From positions 1,327,010 to 1,391,009 of the forward strand of contig OZ242382.1 in the NCBI GenBank assembly GCA_965209235.1: a DNA stretch of 64,000 nucleotides. The letters run 5' to 3'. The DNA is from Gammaproteobacteria bacterium (GTDB taxonomy: Bacteria; Pseudomonadota; Gammaproteobacteria; G965209235). Of this stretch, positions 35,573 through 44,076 are shown in pieces (the first letter of the stretch is position 1; each line of letters begins with the position of its first letter). Under the pieces are notes generated by a model. It did no database searches and was not told the DNA's origin. It worked only from the letters and a program-made list of their open reading frames with translations. The translations under genes and the position numbers were made by a program.

Positions 35573-36880
35573 ATGATGTCACAAAAAATTGAGGATGTAT
35601 GCGCTTGGCAGGCGTATGACTCGAGAGGACGCCCAACCGTTGCAGCGCGTGTACGACTAGAAAGTGGCGCCAGCGGACTGGCGATGGTGCCTTCCGGAGC
35701 CTCGACGGGATTACATGAAGCCGTTGAACTCAGAGATGGCGATGGCAGTGTCAATGCTGGAGCTGGCGTGCTGAAAGCCGTGGCGAATGTCAATGCGGAG
35801 ATTCGGTCGCAGCTTCTCGGGTGTGATGCGGAAGATCAAGAACGTATTGACCAGCTACTTATTGCAGCAGATGGCACGCCAGATAAATCTCACCTTGGTG
35901 CAAACGCTGTGCTTGCGGCTTCACTCGCGACGGCGAGGGCTTTTGCCGAGCACAACCATGTCGGCCTCTATCGGCATCTGCATCAGCTGTACCGGCGACT
36001 AGGGCGACCGTCTGCAGAGACCCGTCTGCCCGCTCCGATGTTCAACATCTTGAATGGTGGGCGGCACGCAGCCAACAAACTAGATATTCAAGAGTTCATG
36101 GTGCAGCCTCTGCGATCTGAGGACATGGAAGAAGCACTGCGAATTGGCGCTGAGATTTATCACGCTCTTGGCGTGCTGTTGCATGAAAAAGGCATGATGT
36201 GTGGTGTGGGTGATGAAGGTGGATTTGCTCCCGCGATTTCATCCACAAAAGAGGCGATCGAGTTGGTTCTCCTGGCGGCCGAACGCGCGAAGTGGCGTCC
36301 GGGCTATGACATCGGCATCACACTTGATGTAGCGGCATCTGAAATGTATCACGATGGCCGGTATGCATTTACCGGCGAAGACATGACGATGGATGCGTTT
36401 GAATTCAGTGGCTGGCTTGAGGGTCTAGTGGCGCAGTACCCCATTATTTCCATTGAGGATGCGTTGGCTGAAGACGATTGGTTGGGATGGGGAATCATCA
36501 CCCAACGGCTGGGTGAGCGCATTCAATTGGTCGGTGATGACTTATTTACTACGCAGACTGAGCGGATTAAACGTGGCGTCGACGAAGGATGTGGGAACGC
36601 GTTGCTCGTCAAAATGAACCAAGTTGGGACGTTGACAGAGACTTTTCAAGCGATGGCTCTGGCTGAGAATCACGACTATGCGCGCATTGTGTCGCATCGA
36701 AGTGGCGAAACCGAAGATACCAGCATTGCTGATCTGGCTGTCGCCACCGGGGCCGGACAAATTAAAACCGGTGCGCCAGCGCGATCTGAGCGCGTGGCAA
36801 AATACAATCGTCTGCTACGAATCGCACGAGAGCTTGACGCTCCTATGGTGACACGACACGGCGCCCATAAGTGGAGGTGA
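35573..36880 (+). CDS. eno: enolase
   Basis: Motifs 'DSRGRPTV' and 'SHRSGETEDT'. The start is set at the ATG at 35573, downstream of the AAGGAG at 35559. Confidence 0.95.
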   Translation: MMSQKIEDVCAWQAYDSRGRPTVAARVRLESGASGLAMVPSGASTGLHEAVELRDGDGSVNAGAGVLKAVANVNAEIRSQLLGCDAEDQERIDQLLIAADGTPDKSHLGANAVLAASLATARAFAEHNHVGLYRHLHQLYRRLGRPSAETRLPAPMFNILNGGRHAANKLDIQEFMVQPLRSEDMEEALRIGAEIYHALGVLLHEKGMMCGVGDEGGFAPAISSTKEAIELVLLAAERAKWRPGYDIGITLDVAASEMYHDGRYAFTGEDMTMDAFEFSGWLEGLVAQYPIISIEDALAEDDWLGWGIITQRLGERIQLVGDDLFTTQTERIKRGVDEGCGNALLVKMNQVGTLTETFQAMALAENHDYARIVSHRSGETEDTSIADLAVATGAGQIKTGAPARSERVAKYNRLLRIARELDAPMVTRHGAHKWR

Positions 36881-37029
36881 TCAAACGAGAACGGTGGCTC
36901 ATTCGCTTGCTGATGTTAGGTCATCTTGCGATTGGTGCCGTTCTCATCATTGCTCTGCTCGTCGTGACAGATCGGCTCACGTCGTCTGAGGCTGGCGAGT
37001 CGCAGGCCGCGACACAAACGGACGGATGA
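36877..37029 (+). CDS. hypothetical 50-aa single-pass membrane protein (below ORF-track cutoff)
   Basis: Hand translation gives 'VIKRERWLIRLLMLGHLAIGAVLIIALLVVTDRLTSSEAGESQAATQTDG'. GTGA overlaps the eno stop and ATGA overlaps the next ORF. No good SD. Confidence 0.25.
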   Translation: MIKRERWLIRLLMLGHLAIGAVLIIALLVVTDRLTSSEAGESQAATQTDG

Positions 37030-37418
37030 GCAGAGACGAACCCAGGACTTTCGCCCAACGGTGGAAGTGGGTCGGGATTAACGCAGGACTCTTGTGTTTT
37101 CTCTTGCCGCTCTTGGTATATCAAGCCACATCGTGGTATGACAAGCGCCAAGAGACGGACAAGCATCGCGCTGATTTGATGAGCGACCTCGTGGCGGAGC
37201 ATGACAGAGTCACGGAGGGGATTGTTCGATGCGAGCAATTTCTCGAACAATTGGAGGAAGGTGCAGTAAGCGGCGATGACCATGTGCTCGTGGATGAGCG
37301 CCGTGAACTGATGGGATATCTCCCGGACGACGAAGAGTTTCATCTGACCACGGCTGATAGCTTCAAAAGCGAGCGGCGCGATGGCTTGTCGACGCCAACG
37401 TGCTTTGCCGGTGAGTAA
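37026..37418 (+). CDS. FtsB-like (septum formation initiator) membrane protein, divergent
   Basis: Occupies the ftsB slot between eno and ispD. It has a TM helix ('WVGINAGLLCFLLPLLVY'), then a coiled-coil-like segment, then 'DERRELMGYLPDDEEF', which resembles the FtsB C-terminal 'EERAR.ELG..K.GE..F'. Confidence 0.5.
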   Translation: MSRDEPRTFAQRWKWVGINAGLLCFLLPLLVYQATSWYDKRQETDKHRADLMSDLVAEHDRVTEGIVRCEQFLEQLEEGAVSGDDHVLVDERRELMGYLPDDEEFHLTTADSFKSERRDGLSTPTCFAGE

Positions 37419-38109
37419 GCCGCAAAGCACGGCCCCATGGTCCGTCATTGTCGTGGCAGGGGGGCGCGGAGCGCGCATGGATCAACCCACTCCCAAACAG
37501 GAGCAGCTCTTAGGAGAGGTCGCTGTTGTTGAGCATGCGATGAAGGCCTTTGATGGCCTTGGTGCACAACACCACGTGCTCGTGGCTCCCGAGCATATTC
37601 AGCATGGCGAAGCATGGTCGCAAGCGTCGCCTGGTGCAACGCGGTGCCGATCGGTGTTGAATGGATTGCGCCAACTTCAAGTGGACGCCGATCACTGGGT
37701 TGCGGTGCATGATGCCGCACGACCATTTGTTAGCCACAAAGACATCAAGAGGGTATTAGCGGCACGCGATCGTTGCCCAGAGTCGAGTGACGGCGTTGTT
37801 CTATGTGCGCCGCTGGCCGACGCGGTGTATGCGGAAGTGGGAGTGGCAGGATGGCTACAGCCAGCCGGCGGGCGTGTCTCTTTACGCGGGCAAACGCCCC
37901 AACTGTTTCGCTACGATCCCTTGGTGACAGCTTTGGAAAGTGCGCTCAGCCTCGGGCGATCGGTGGCCGATGAAGCGAGCGTCGTCATGCGCCATGTTGG
38001 CGGTCGTGCGATTGCGGTCATGGCCTCGAGCTATAACGATAAATTGACAGTTCCTGCTGATCTTGAGGTAATGGATGGACTCATTAAGTCGCGTCGGCCT
38101 CGGGGTTGA
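37381..38109 (+). CDS. ispD: 2-C-methyl-D-erythritol 4-phosphate cytidylyltransferase
   Basis: Motifs 'VIVVAGGRGARM' and 'VAVHDAARPF'. An alternative GTG start lies at 37411. Confidence 0.88.
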   Translation: MACRRQRALPVSKPQSTAPWSVIVVAGGRGARMDQPTPKQEQLLGEVAVVEHAMKAFDGLGAQHHVLVAPEHIQHGEAWSQASPGATRCRSVLNGLRQLQVDADHWVAVHDAARPFVSHKDIKRVLAARDRCPESSDGVVLCAPLADAVYAEVGVAGWLQPAGGRVSLRGQTPQLFRYDPLVTALESALSLGRSVADEASVVMRHVGGRAIAVMASSYNDKLTVPADLEVMDGLIKSRRPRG

Positions 38110-38563
38110 TACCCACCGACTCAATCCCGGAAAAGGGCTGTCGCTTGGACTGGTGCATTTCCCGTGCGACTTTGAAATCGAAGCCCACTCTGATGGTGAT
38201 GTGGTGGTGCATGCGATCATTGATTCCCTGCTTGGAGCAGCAGCTCTTGGAGATCTGGGTGAGTATTACCCGGGGAATGACACATGGAAGGATGCGTCTG
38301 GAGATCGGATGCTTCGTCACTGTGCCAGCGTACTTCAGGATGCAAAGATGGTGCCCTTCAATCTTGATGTGACGGTCATTTGCGAGAAAATCCGCATCAA
38401 GCCCTATCGCCAAGCGATGCGAGAGGCATTGGCTGAAGTACTGGGCATGGCAACGAGCCACGTTTCTGTCAAAGCCACAACCACGGATGGCCTAGGGTTT
38501 GCGGGGCGTGGCGAAGGGATTGCAGCTATGTGCGTGAGCCTGATCCGACCGGTGACCACGTAG
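38075..38563 (+). CDS. ispF: 2-C-methyl-D-erythritol 2,4-cyclodiphosphate synthase
   Basis: Motifs 'VGLGVDTHRL' and 'HSDGDVVVHAIIDSLLGA'. Confidence 0.93.
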   Translation: MDSLSRVGLGVDTHRLNPGKGLSLGLVHFPCDFEIEAHSDGDVVVHAIIDSLLGAAALGDLGEYYPGNDTWKDASGDRMLRHCASVLQDAKMVPFNLDVTVICEKIRIKPYRQAMREALAEVLGMATSHVSVKATTTDGLGFAGRGEGIAAMCVSLIRPVTT

Positions 38564-38564
38564 G

Positions 38565-39425
38565 ATGCGATCGTGGGTGACCGCTGTGTGCGGATTTGGT
38601 ATGGGTGTTGCTGAGACCATACCAGGCGTCTCTGGCGCAACGATTGCGTGGCTATTTGAACGATACCACCGATTTGTTGTGGCGCTTTCCCGGATTCCGT
38701 CGGCGGCCATGATGGCCATGCGCGGCCGTATCGTTGACGCGTTTCATCATGTTGACGGGGTCTTTATGCTCACCCTTGGCATCAGCATGGTCGTGGCATT
38801 AGGCGTTTCGTCTGTCATCATTTCGCGTTTGCTCAGCAGCTTTCCGTTTGAGACGTATGCGTGTCTGACTGGCATCATCTTGGGTGCGCTGGTGAATCTC
38901 ATTCGGTGGCAGGATCGATCCATCGGCGTCATCATCGCTCTTGTTTCGGGGTTGAGCGTGGGGCTAGCGATTTCTGTAATTCCAGAAGTATCTCTTCCGA
39001 CGACGACGATGGGCTTGTTATTCGGCGGAGCACTTGCGGGGGCATCATGGATCCTCCCAGGGGTGTCTGGCAGTTATGTACTCGCATTATTAGGGCTCTA
39101 TGAACCGGTGATTACTGCGGTGGCTTCGGCAGACATCTGGCCGCTGATCCCGCTGGCTTGTGGCGTGATTGGTGGATCTGGTGTGGTCATTGCGACATTT
39201 GCACGATCGTTATCGCAGTTTGCGACGCCGGTCAGCTGGGCAATGGTGGGTCTCGTGGCCGGTAGCGTGCGTGCGTTATTGCCGGAAAGCGAATCGACGG
39301 AAGCGTCGGTTGCAGGCAGTGTTTTGGCGCTGTTAGGCTTTGTTGTTGCCGGAGGGATTCGGTTGTGGGCGACCGCGCCAAAGGGCGTGAGTGGACATTC
39401 GGGAGGACAAAACAGTGGAACATAA
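38565..39425 (+). CDS. DUF368-family membrane protein (putative polyprenyl-phosphate translocase)
   Basis: Duplicated 'PGVSG' motif ('ETIPGVSGATIA' and 'ILPGVSGSYVLALLGLY') in a polytopic membrane protein. Confidence 0.75.
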   Translation: MRSWVTAVCGFGMGVAETIPGVSGATIAWLFERYHRFVVALSRIPSAAMMAMRGRIVDAFHHVDGVFMLTLGISMVVALGVSSVIISRLLSSFPFETYACLTGIILGALVNLIRWQDRSIGVIIALVSGLSVGLAISVIPEVSLPTTTMGLLFGGALAGASWILPGVSGSYVLALLGLYEPVITAVASADIWPLIPLACGVIGGSGVVIATFARSLSQFATPVSWAMVGLVAGSVRALLPESESTEASVAGSVLALLGFVVAGGIRLWATAPKGVSGHSGGQNSGT

Positions 39426-41346
39426 AGATCCGGCGGTTGTGGTGCCATTTCAGCGCCATGACGGTCTGACGGCTGAGAAGTACGCTGACATGAAGCGTCA
39501 GGCTCAGGCAGGTGATACGTTTTGGCTCGACGTTGCAAAGCGACTGCGCTGGAACGTGGCACCGACCCGCGGCAATGAGTCACGATGGTCTGCTGATGAT
39601 GTTCGCATCAAGTGGTACGCCGATGGTGTTCTCAATGCGTGCGATAACTGCGTCGACCGTCATGCTGAAACAGATCCTGATCTGACTGCTCTCATTTGGG
39701 TGAGTGATGACGGTGAAACAGTCGAGCACATCACATTTGCTGATTTGCGGATCAACGTGATGAGATGGGCCGCGATCCTGCAAAACCGCGGGGTCGTTGC
39801 CGATGATCCTGTAACGATGTATCTACCTATGGTTCCCGAAGCGGTCTACGTCATGCTGGCGTGTGCACGCATCGGTGCTGTGCACTCCGTGGTCTTCGCA
39901 GGTTTTTCTCCGGCGGCCCTTGCTGGGCGGATCAATGACTGCGGGTCTCGCGTTGTGATCACAGCTGATTCCAGCACGCGCGGCGGGAAGCACATTCCTT
40001 TGAAGGCGAATGTTGACGCTGCGGTGACTGATACCCCATCGGTCGAGCATGTGGTTGTCGTGAGACGCAGCGGAGAAGATGTCCCCATGCATGAGACGCG
40101 CGATTCATATGCCGATCCTGATAGCATCGATAGCGCGACGCTGGATATTCCATGTGTGCCGCGTGCGGCCACTGATCCTCTCTTCATCCTGTATACCTCT
40201 GGGTCCACGGGCACGCCGAAGGGTCTCGTGCATAGCACAGGGGGGTACCTCACCTACGCCAGCTTCACTCACCAACTGGCATTTGACCCCGTGCCGGGTG
40301 AACCGTTTTGGTGCAGCGCAGATGTGGGATGGGTCACAGGCCACTCGTACATCGTTTATGGCTCTTTGGCCAACAAGACAACCAATGTGATTTATGAAGG
40401 TGTTCCGAACGTTCCGGATGCGTCGCAGATGTGGCGCATTGTGGATCAGCTCAAGGTGCGCACGGTGTACTCGGCGCCCACAGCCATTCGGGCGCTCATG
40501 CGCGCAGGAGACCGTCCAGTGCGCGCCACCTCCCGGGCATCCATTACGTTGCTAGGCACGGTTGGCGAGCCAATCAACCCCGAAGCCTGGCGCTGGTACT
40601 TCGAAGTGGTTGGCGAACAACGCTGCCCGATTGTGGACACTTGGTGGCAGACGGAAACGGGAGCTGCCATGATTACTCCGATTCCCGGAGTGACGCCGCT
40701 TAAACCTGGCTCAGCCACCATGCCCTTACCGGGCATAGACCTGGAGCTGTTGGATGACAACGGTGAAGAAGTCAACGGAGAGGGGAAAGGCGTGCTTTAC
40801 ATCACGCGCAGTTGGCCAGGACAGTCGATGACCATCCACGGCAACCATCAACGCTTTATCGAGACGTACTTTTCCCAGCAATCAGGTCGATATTTCTCAG
40901 GGGATGGCGCACGTCGGGATGCGGATGACTACTGGTTCGTCACGGGTCGCGTCGATGACGCATTCAACGTCGCTGGTCACTTGTTGGGAACCGCAGAAAT
41001 CGAGAGTGCCTTGGTGGCACATCCTGCCGTTTCTGAAGCGGCCGTGGTGGGTATTCCAGACAGCTTGAAGGGACATGCGGTGCACTGTTGGGTCTTGCTG
41101 ACAGAGGGTGTTGACCCGACAGACCAGCTCAATGCTGATCTCGTGCAGCAGGTGCGACGTGAGATCGGTCCTATCGCGACGCCCAGTCGCATCCGCTTTG
41201 CTCCTGGTTTACCGAAAACACGAAGCGGCAAGATCATGCGCCGTATTCTCCGAGCCGTGGCAACGGGTGCGCTCGATTCTTTAGGTGACACGAGCACCCT
41301 CGCTGAACCAAGCATTGTTCAGGAGCTTGTTGACGCCGAGAAGTGA
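39415..41346 (+). CDS. acs: acetyl-CoA synthetase
   Basis: Motifs 'YTSGSTGTPKG', 'TWWQTETG' and 'PKTRSGKIMRR'. The GTG at 39415 is preferred because GGGAGG lies 8 nt upstream; the ORF-track start is 39391. Confidence 0.93.
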   Translation: MEHKDPAVVVPFQRHDGLTAEKYADMKRQAQAGDTFWLDVAKRLRWNVAPTRGNESRWSADDVRIKWYADGVLNACDNCVDRHAETDPDLTALIWVSDDGETVEHITFADLRINVMRWAAILQNRGVVADDPVTMYLPMVPEAVYVMLACARIGAVHSVVFAGFSPAALAGRINDCGSRVVITADSSTRGGKHIPLKANVDAAVTDTPSVEHVVVVRRSGEDVPMHETRDSYADPDSIDSATLDIPCVPRAATDPLFILYTSGSTGTPKGLVHSTGGYLTYASFTHQLAFDPVPGEPFWCSADVGWVTGHSYIVYGSLANKTTNVIYEGVPNVPDASQMWRIVDQLKVRTVYSAPTAIRALMRAGDRPVRATSRASITLLGTVGEPINPEAWRWYFEVVGEQRCPIVDTWWQTETGAAMITPIPGVTPLKPGSATMPLPGIDLELLDDNGEEVNGEGKGVLYITRSWPGQSMTIHGNHQRFIETYFSQQSGRYFSGDGARRDADDYWFVTGRVDDAFNVAGHLLGTAEIESALVAHPAVSEAAVVGIPDSLKGHAVHCWVLLTEGVDPTDQLNADLVQQVRREIGPIATPSRIRFAPGLPKTRSGKIMRRILRAVATGALDSLGDTSTLAEPSIVQELVDAEK

Positions 41347-41382
41347 TAGAATAATGTAGCAATAACGAGTGTCAAAGCTAGG

Positions 41383-41793
41383 TTGGAATTGGAGATCACT
41401 AACCTCGATGCTCCATCCCGCCGGTTACTCGACACTGGTGGGGTCGTCGGCGCAACGGTGTGCGTCATTCACTGCGGTATCACCCTCATTGCGCTCGGAC
41501 TACCAGCACTTCAACTTGTTGCGTGGTTTGAAGGCAGCGAGCTGTGGTTCCATATCGTCACCGTTGCTTTTGTCACAACGATCGCGACCCTGCGCGCCGT
41601 TCCGCTTTTACGGGAAAGGCGCTATGCCTTGGGGTTGGCGTTACTGATTGCGGTGGCGCTTGCTGTCATTGCATTGGGCTTTGAAGCCAGCGGCGAAGAA
41701 TCTCATATATCCACTGTCATGATGTTGTTTGGCAGTTTTGGTGCGATGGCCGTTCACTCGTATCTCCTTCTCAAAGCCAGAACGGTGGTTTGA
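41383..41793 (+). CDS. MerC-domain-like small membrane protein
   Basis: Four predicted helices, with the first carrying 'VCVIHCGITLIALG' (Cys pair in the helix, as in MerC-type proteins). TTG start. Confidence 0.4.
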   Translation: MELEITNLDAPSRRLLDTGGVVGATVCVIHCGITLIALGLPALQLVAWFEGSELWFHIVTVAFVTTIATLRAVPLLRERRYALGLALLIAVALAVIALGFEASGEESHISTVMMLFGSFGAMAVHSYLLLKARTVV

Positions 41794-41822
41794 AGGTCGC
41801 GTTGCTCGATATGGCCTAGAAG

Positions 41823-41853
41823 CCACCGGCCGCCAAGAACAGGCGGTCGGTGG
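41823..41853. terminator. GC-rich 12-bp hairpin between convergent genes (possible bidirectional terminator)
   Basis: CCACCGGCCGCC-aagaaca-GGCGGTCGGTGG (one G-U pair). No clear U-tract on either side. Confidence 0.4.
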
Positions 41854-41873
41854 CCCAAAGAGACTGACTTCGA

Positions 41874-44006
41874 TTAAAAGCCGCGTGCTCTCATGAGTGC
41901 GTCAGGCGTCGGCGCACGGCCGCGGAACTTGATGTACGCTTCCATGGCGTCGATCGATCCACCCTTGGACAGTATCCCATCGCGAAAGCGAGTTGAGATA
42001 TTCTTGTTGAAGATGCCACGCTCTTTGAAGTACTCAAACGTGTCAGCCGCAAACAACTCAGACCAAATGTAGGAGTAGTACCCGGCGGAATACCCACCTG
42101 CGAAGATGTGTGCAAAGTAGCCACTCTTGTAACGCGGTGGAATCCCTGCTGGCATACCAATCGAGGCAAGCACCTGGTCTTCGAATGCGGTGACGTCCGT
42201 CACTTCACCTTTGTCACCATCGTGCCACGCCCAATCGAGTAACGCCGCTGCGGTGTACTCCACCGTAGCAAACCCTTGGTTGAAGTTTTCCGCACGGTTA
42301 ATGCGGGACACCAAATCAGCTGGGATCTCTTCACCGGTGGCATGATGTTTCGCAAACGTCGGCATGAAGTCGGGATGTGTCACCCAGTACTCAAGGACTT
42401 GGGAGGGAAACTCAACAAAGTCGCGTGGCACTGAAGTTCCAGAGAGACCGACATAGGTTACATCCGACAGCAAGCCATGCAAGGCATGTCCGAATTCATG
42501 GAAGAACGTCAGCGTTTGCTCAAGCGTCAGCAGCGACGGTTGGTCGCCCACGGGTGGTGGGAAGTTACAGACGTTGACAACGATAGGATTGACTCGGCGG
42601 CCATCTTCCATGTGTTGGTCACGGAATGTGCTCATCCATGCGCCTGCTCGCTTTCCGATTCGTGAGTAGTAATCCGCGTAGTAGATGCCAATCAACTGAT
42701 TGCGATCGTTGTAGACCTCAAACGTTTGAACGTCATCGTGATACTTCGGCAGATCCGTACGCTCAACAAGCCGTACGCCGTACAGACGGCGTGCCAGATC
42801 GAAGGCGCCGCGCACGACGTTGTTGACCGGCAGATACTGCTGGATGTCGCTACCGCTTACGCTGTAGTCTTGTTGACGCACTTTCTCAGCGTAGTGCCAC
42901 CAGTCAGAACCTTCAATCGGAGAGAAATCGCCTTCCGAGCGAGCAACTTTACGCAGGGCGTTTTTCTCGACTTCGAATTGCTTGATCGCAGCATTCCACA
43001 CTTGAAGCAGAAGATCTGATACAGCTTCCTTGGAAGGCGCAACGCGGTTGTTCAAGGACAGCGAGATGTGATCCTCGTAGCCTAGCAGATGTGCGCGTTC
43101 TTGACGCAGGTCAATCATCTCAAGAATCGCCGCATGGACTTCGTCGCTCATGCCGCGGTCTGTGTATCCCGCAAACAGTTTTTTACGAAGATCGCCGCGC
43201 GTGCTGTAGACCAAGAAGGGGTACATGCTGGAGCGCTCAGGAATGAATAGATGCTTGCCAGCGTACTTGTCTTTCGAACCCGATGTGTCGTTAATACGGG
43301 AGTCCGCGAGCGCCGCGCTTGCGTCCAGGATCGATAACGGGAGACCAGCCAAGTCAGCTTCTGCTGACAGGATCATTTCAAAAGATTCCGTGTCGGCCAA
43401 GACGGCTTCACGGTAGATCTGGCTCAGCTGACCGAGGCGGAGATTAATCTCCGACAACCGCTTCTGCTGCACCGCGTTGAGACCAATTCCTCGCGATTCA
43501 AAGCTTTGGAGGGTTTCCTCCACTAACCGGCGTTGCTCCTGCGTGAGGAGATGTGCCGTTTTACTGACGGTACGAACGCGTTCAAAAAGCACAGGATTCG
43601 TGAAGACAAATGTCGCCAGCTCTGTTTGCTTCGGCTGTATGTCTCTCACCGTCTGATTGATGATGTCGTTGGATTTCGAGCCGACGAAGTTGTAAAAAAC
43701 ATTCGCCACGCGAGAAAACAACGCACCTGCGTTATCCAGAGCTTCGACGGTGTTTTCAAACGTTGCTGGCTCAGGGTTATCGGCAATCACTTGGACATCG
43801 GCTTTTGTTTGGGCAATGCCGATATCGAGCGCTTCAGCGAAATCGCTGTCTTGGATGTCATCAAACGGTGGTATCCCATACACACCATCAAATGGCTTCA
43901 GCAATGGGTTGTCAGAGACCTCTTGTTGTGGAACAGATGCGCACGCAGAGAGTAGTAGCGCCATGCTTGCGACGGCAAGCGGCGTATGGACAGATCGGGT
44001 TTTCAT
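41874..44006 (-). CDS. dcp: M3-family peptidyl-dipeptidase (Dcp), predicted lipoprotein
   Basis: Zinc motif 'FHEFGHALH' and lipobox 'LLLSACAS'. Confidence 0.85.
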   Translation of the reverse strand: MKTRSVHTPLAVASMALLLSACASVPQQEVSDNPLLKPFDGVYGIPPFDDIQDSDFAEALDIGIAQTKADVQVIADNPEPATFENTVEALDNAGALFSRVANVFYNFVGSKSNDIINQTVRDIQPKQTELATFVFTNPVLFERVRTVSKTAHLLTQEQRRLVEETLQSFESRGIGLNAVQQKRLSEINLRLGQLSQIYREAVLADTESFEMILSAEADLAGLPLSILDASAALADSRINDTSGSKDKYAGKHLFIPERSSMYPFLVYSTRGDLRKKLFAGYTDRGMSDEVHAAILEMIDLRQERAHLLGYEDHISLSLNNRVAPSKEAVSDLLLQVWNAAIKQFEVEKNALRKVARSEGDFSPIEGSDWWHYAEKVRQQDYSVSGSDIQQYLPVNNVVRGAFDLARRLYGVRLVERTDLPKYHDDVQTFEVYNDRNQLIGIYYADYYSRIGKRAGAWMSTFRDQHMEDGRRVNPIVVNVCNFPPPVGDQPSLLTLEQTLTFFHEFGHALHGLLSDVTYVGLSGTSVPRDFVEFPSQVLEYWVTHPDFMPTFAKHHATGEEIPADLVSRINRAENFNQGFATVEYTAAALLDWAWHDGDKGEVTDVTAFEDQVLASIGMPAGIPPRYKSGYFAHIFAGGYSAGYYSYIWSELFAADTFEYFKERGIFNKNISTRFRDGILSKGGSIDAMEAYIKFRGRAPTPDALMRARGF

Positions 44007-44076
44007 AGGTTAGTTTCCTCGATATGTGGGTAAGAAAGAGTTACGACACAACACAGTTGCTTGAAGGGCGACTGCG

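Noticed and set aside
36921-37478. A 185-aa minus-strand ORF spans the eno-ispD gap.
   Set aside because: It is antisense to the conserved ftsB slot and to the ispD 5' end. It has no recognisable motifs, and its composition is typical of a shadow ORF in GC-rich coding DNA.
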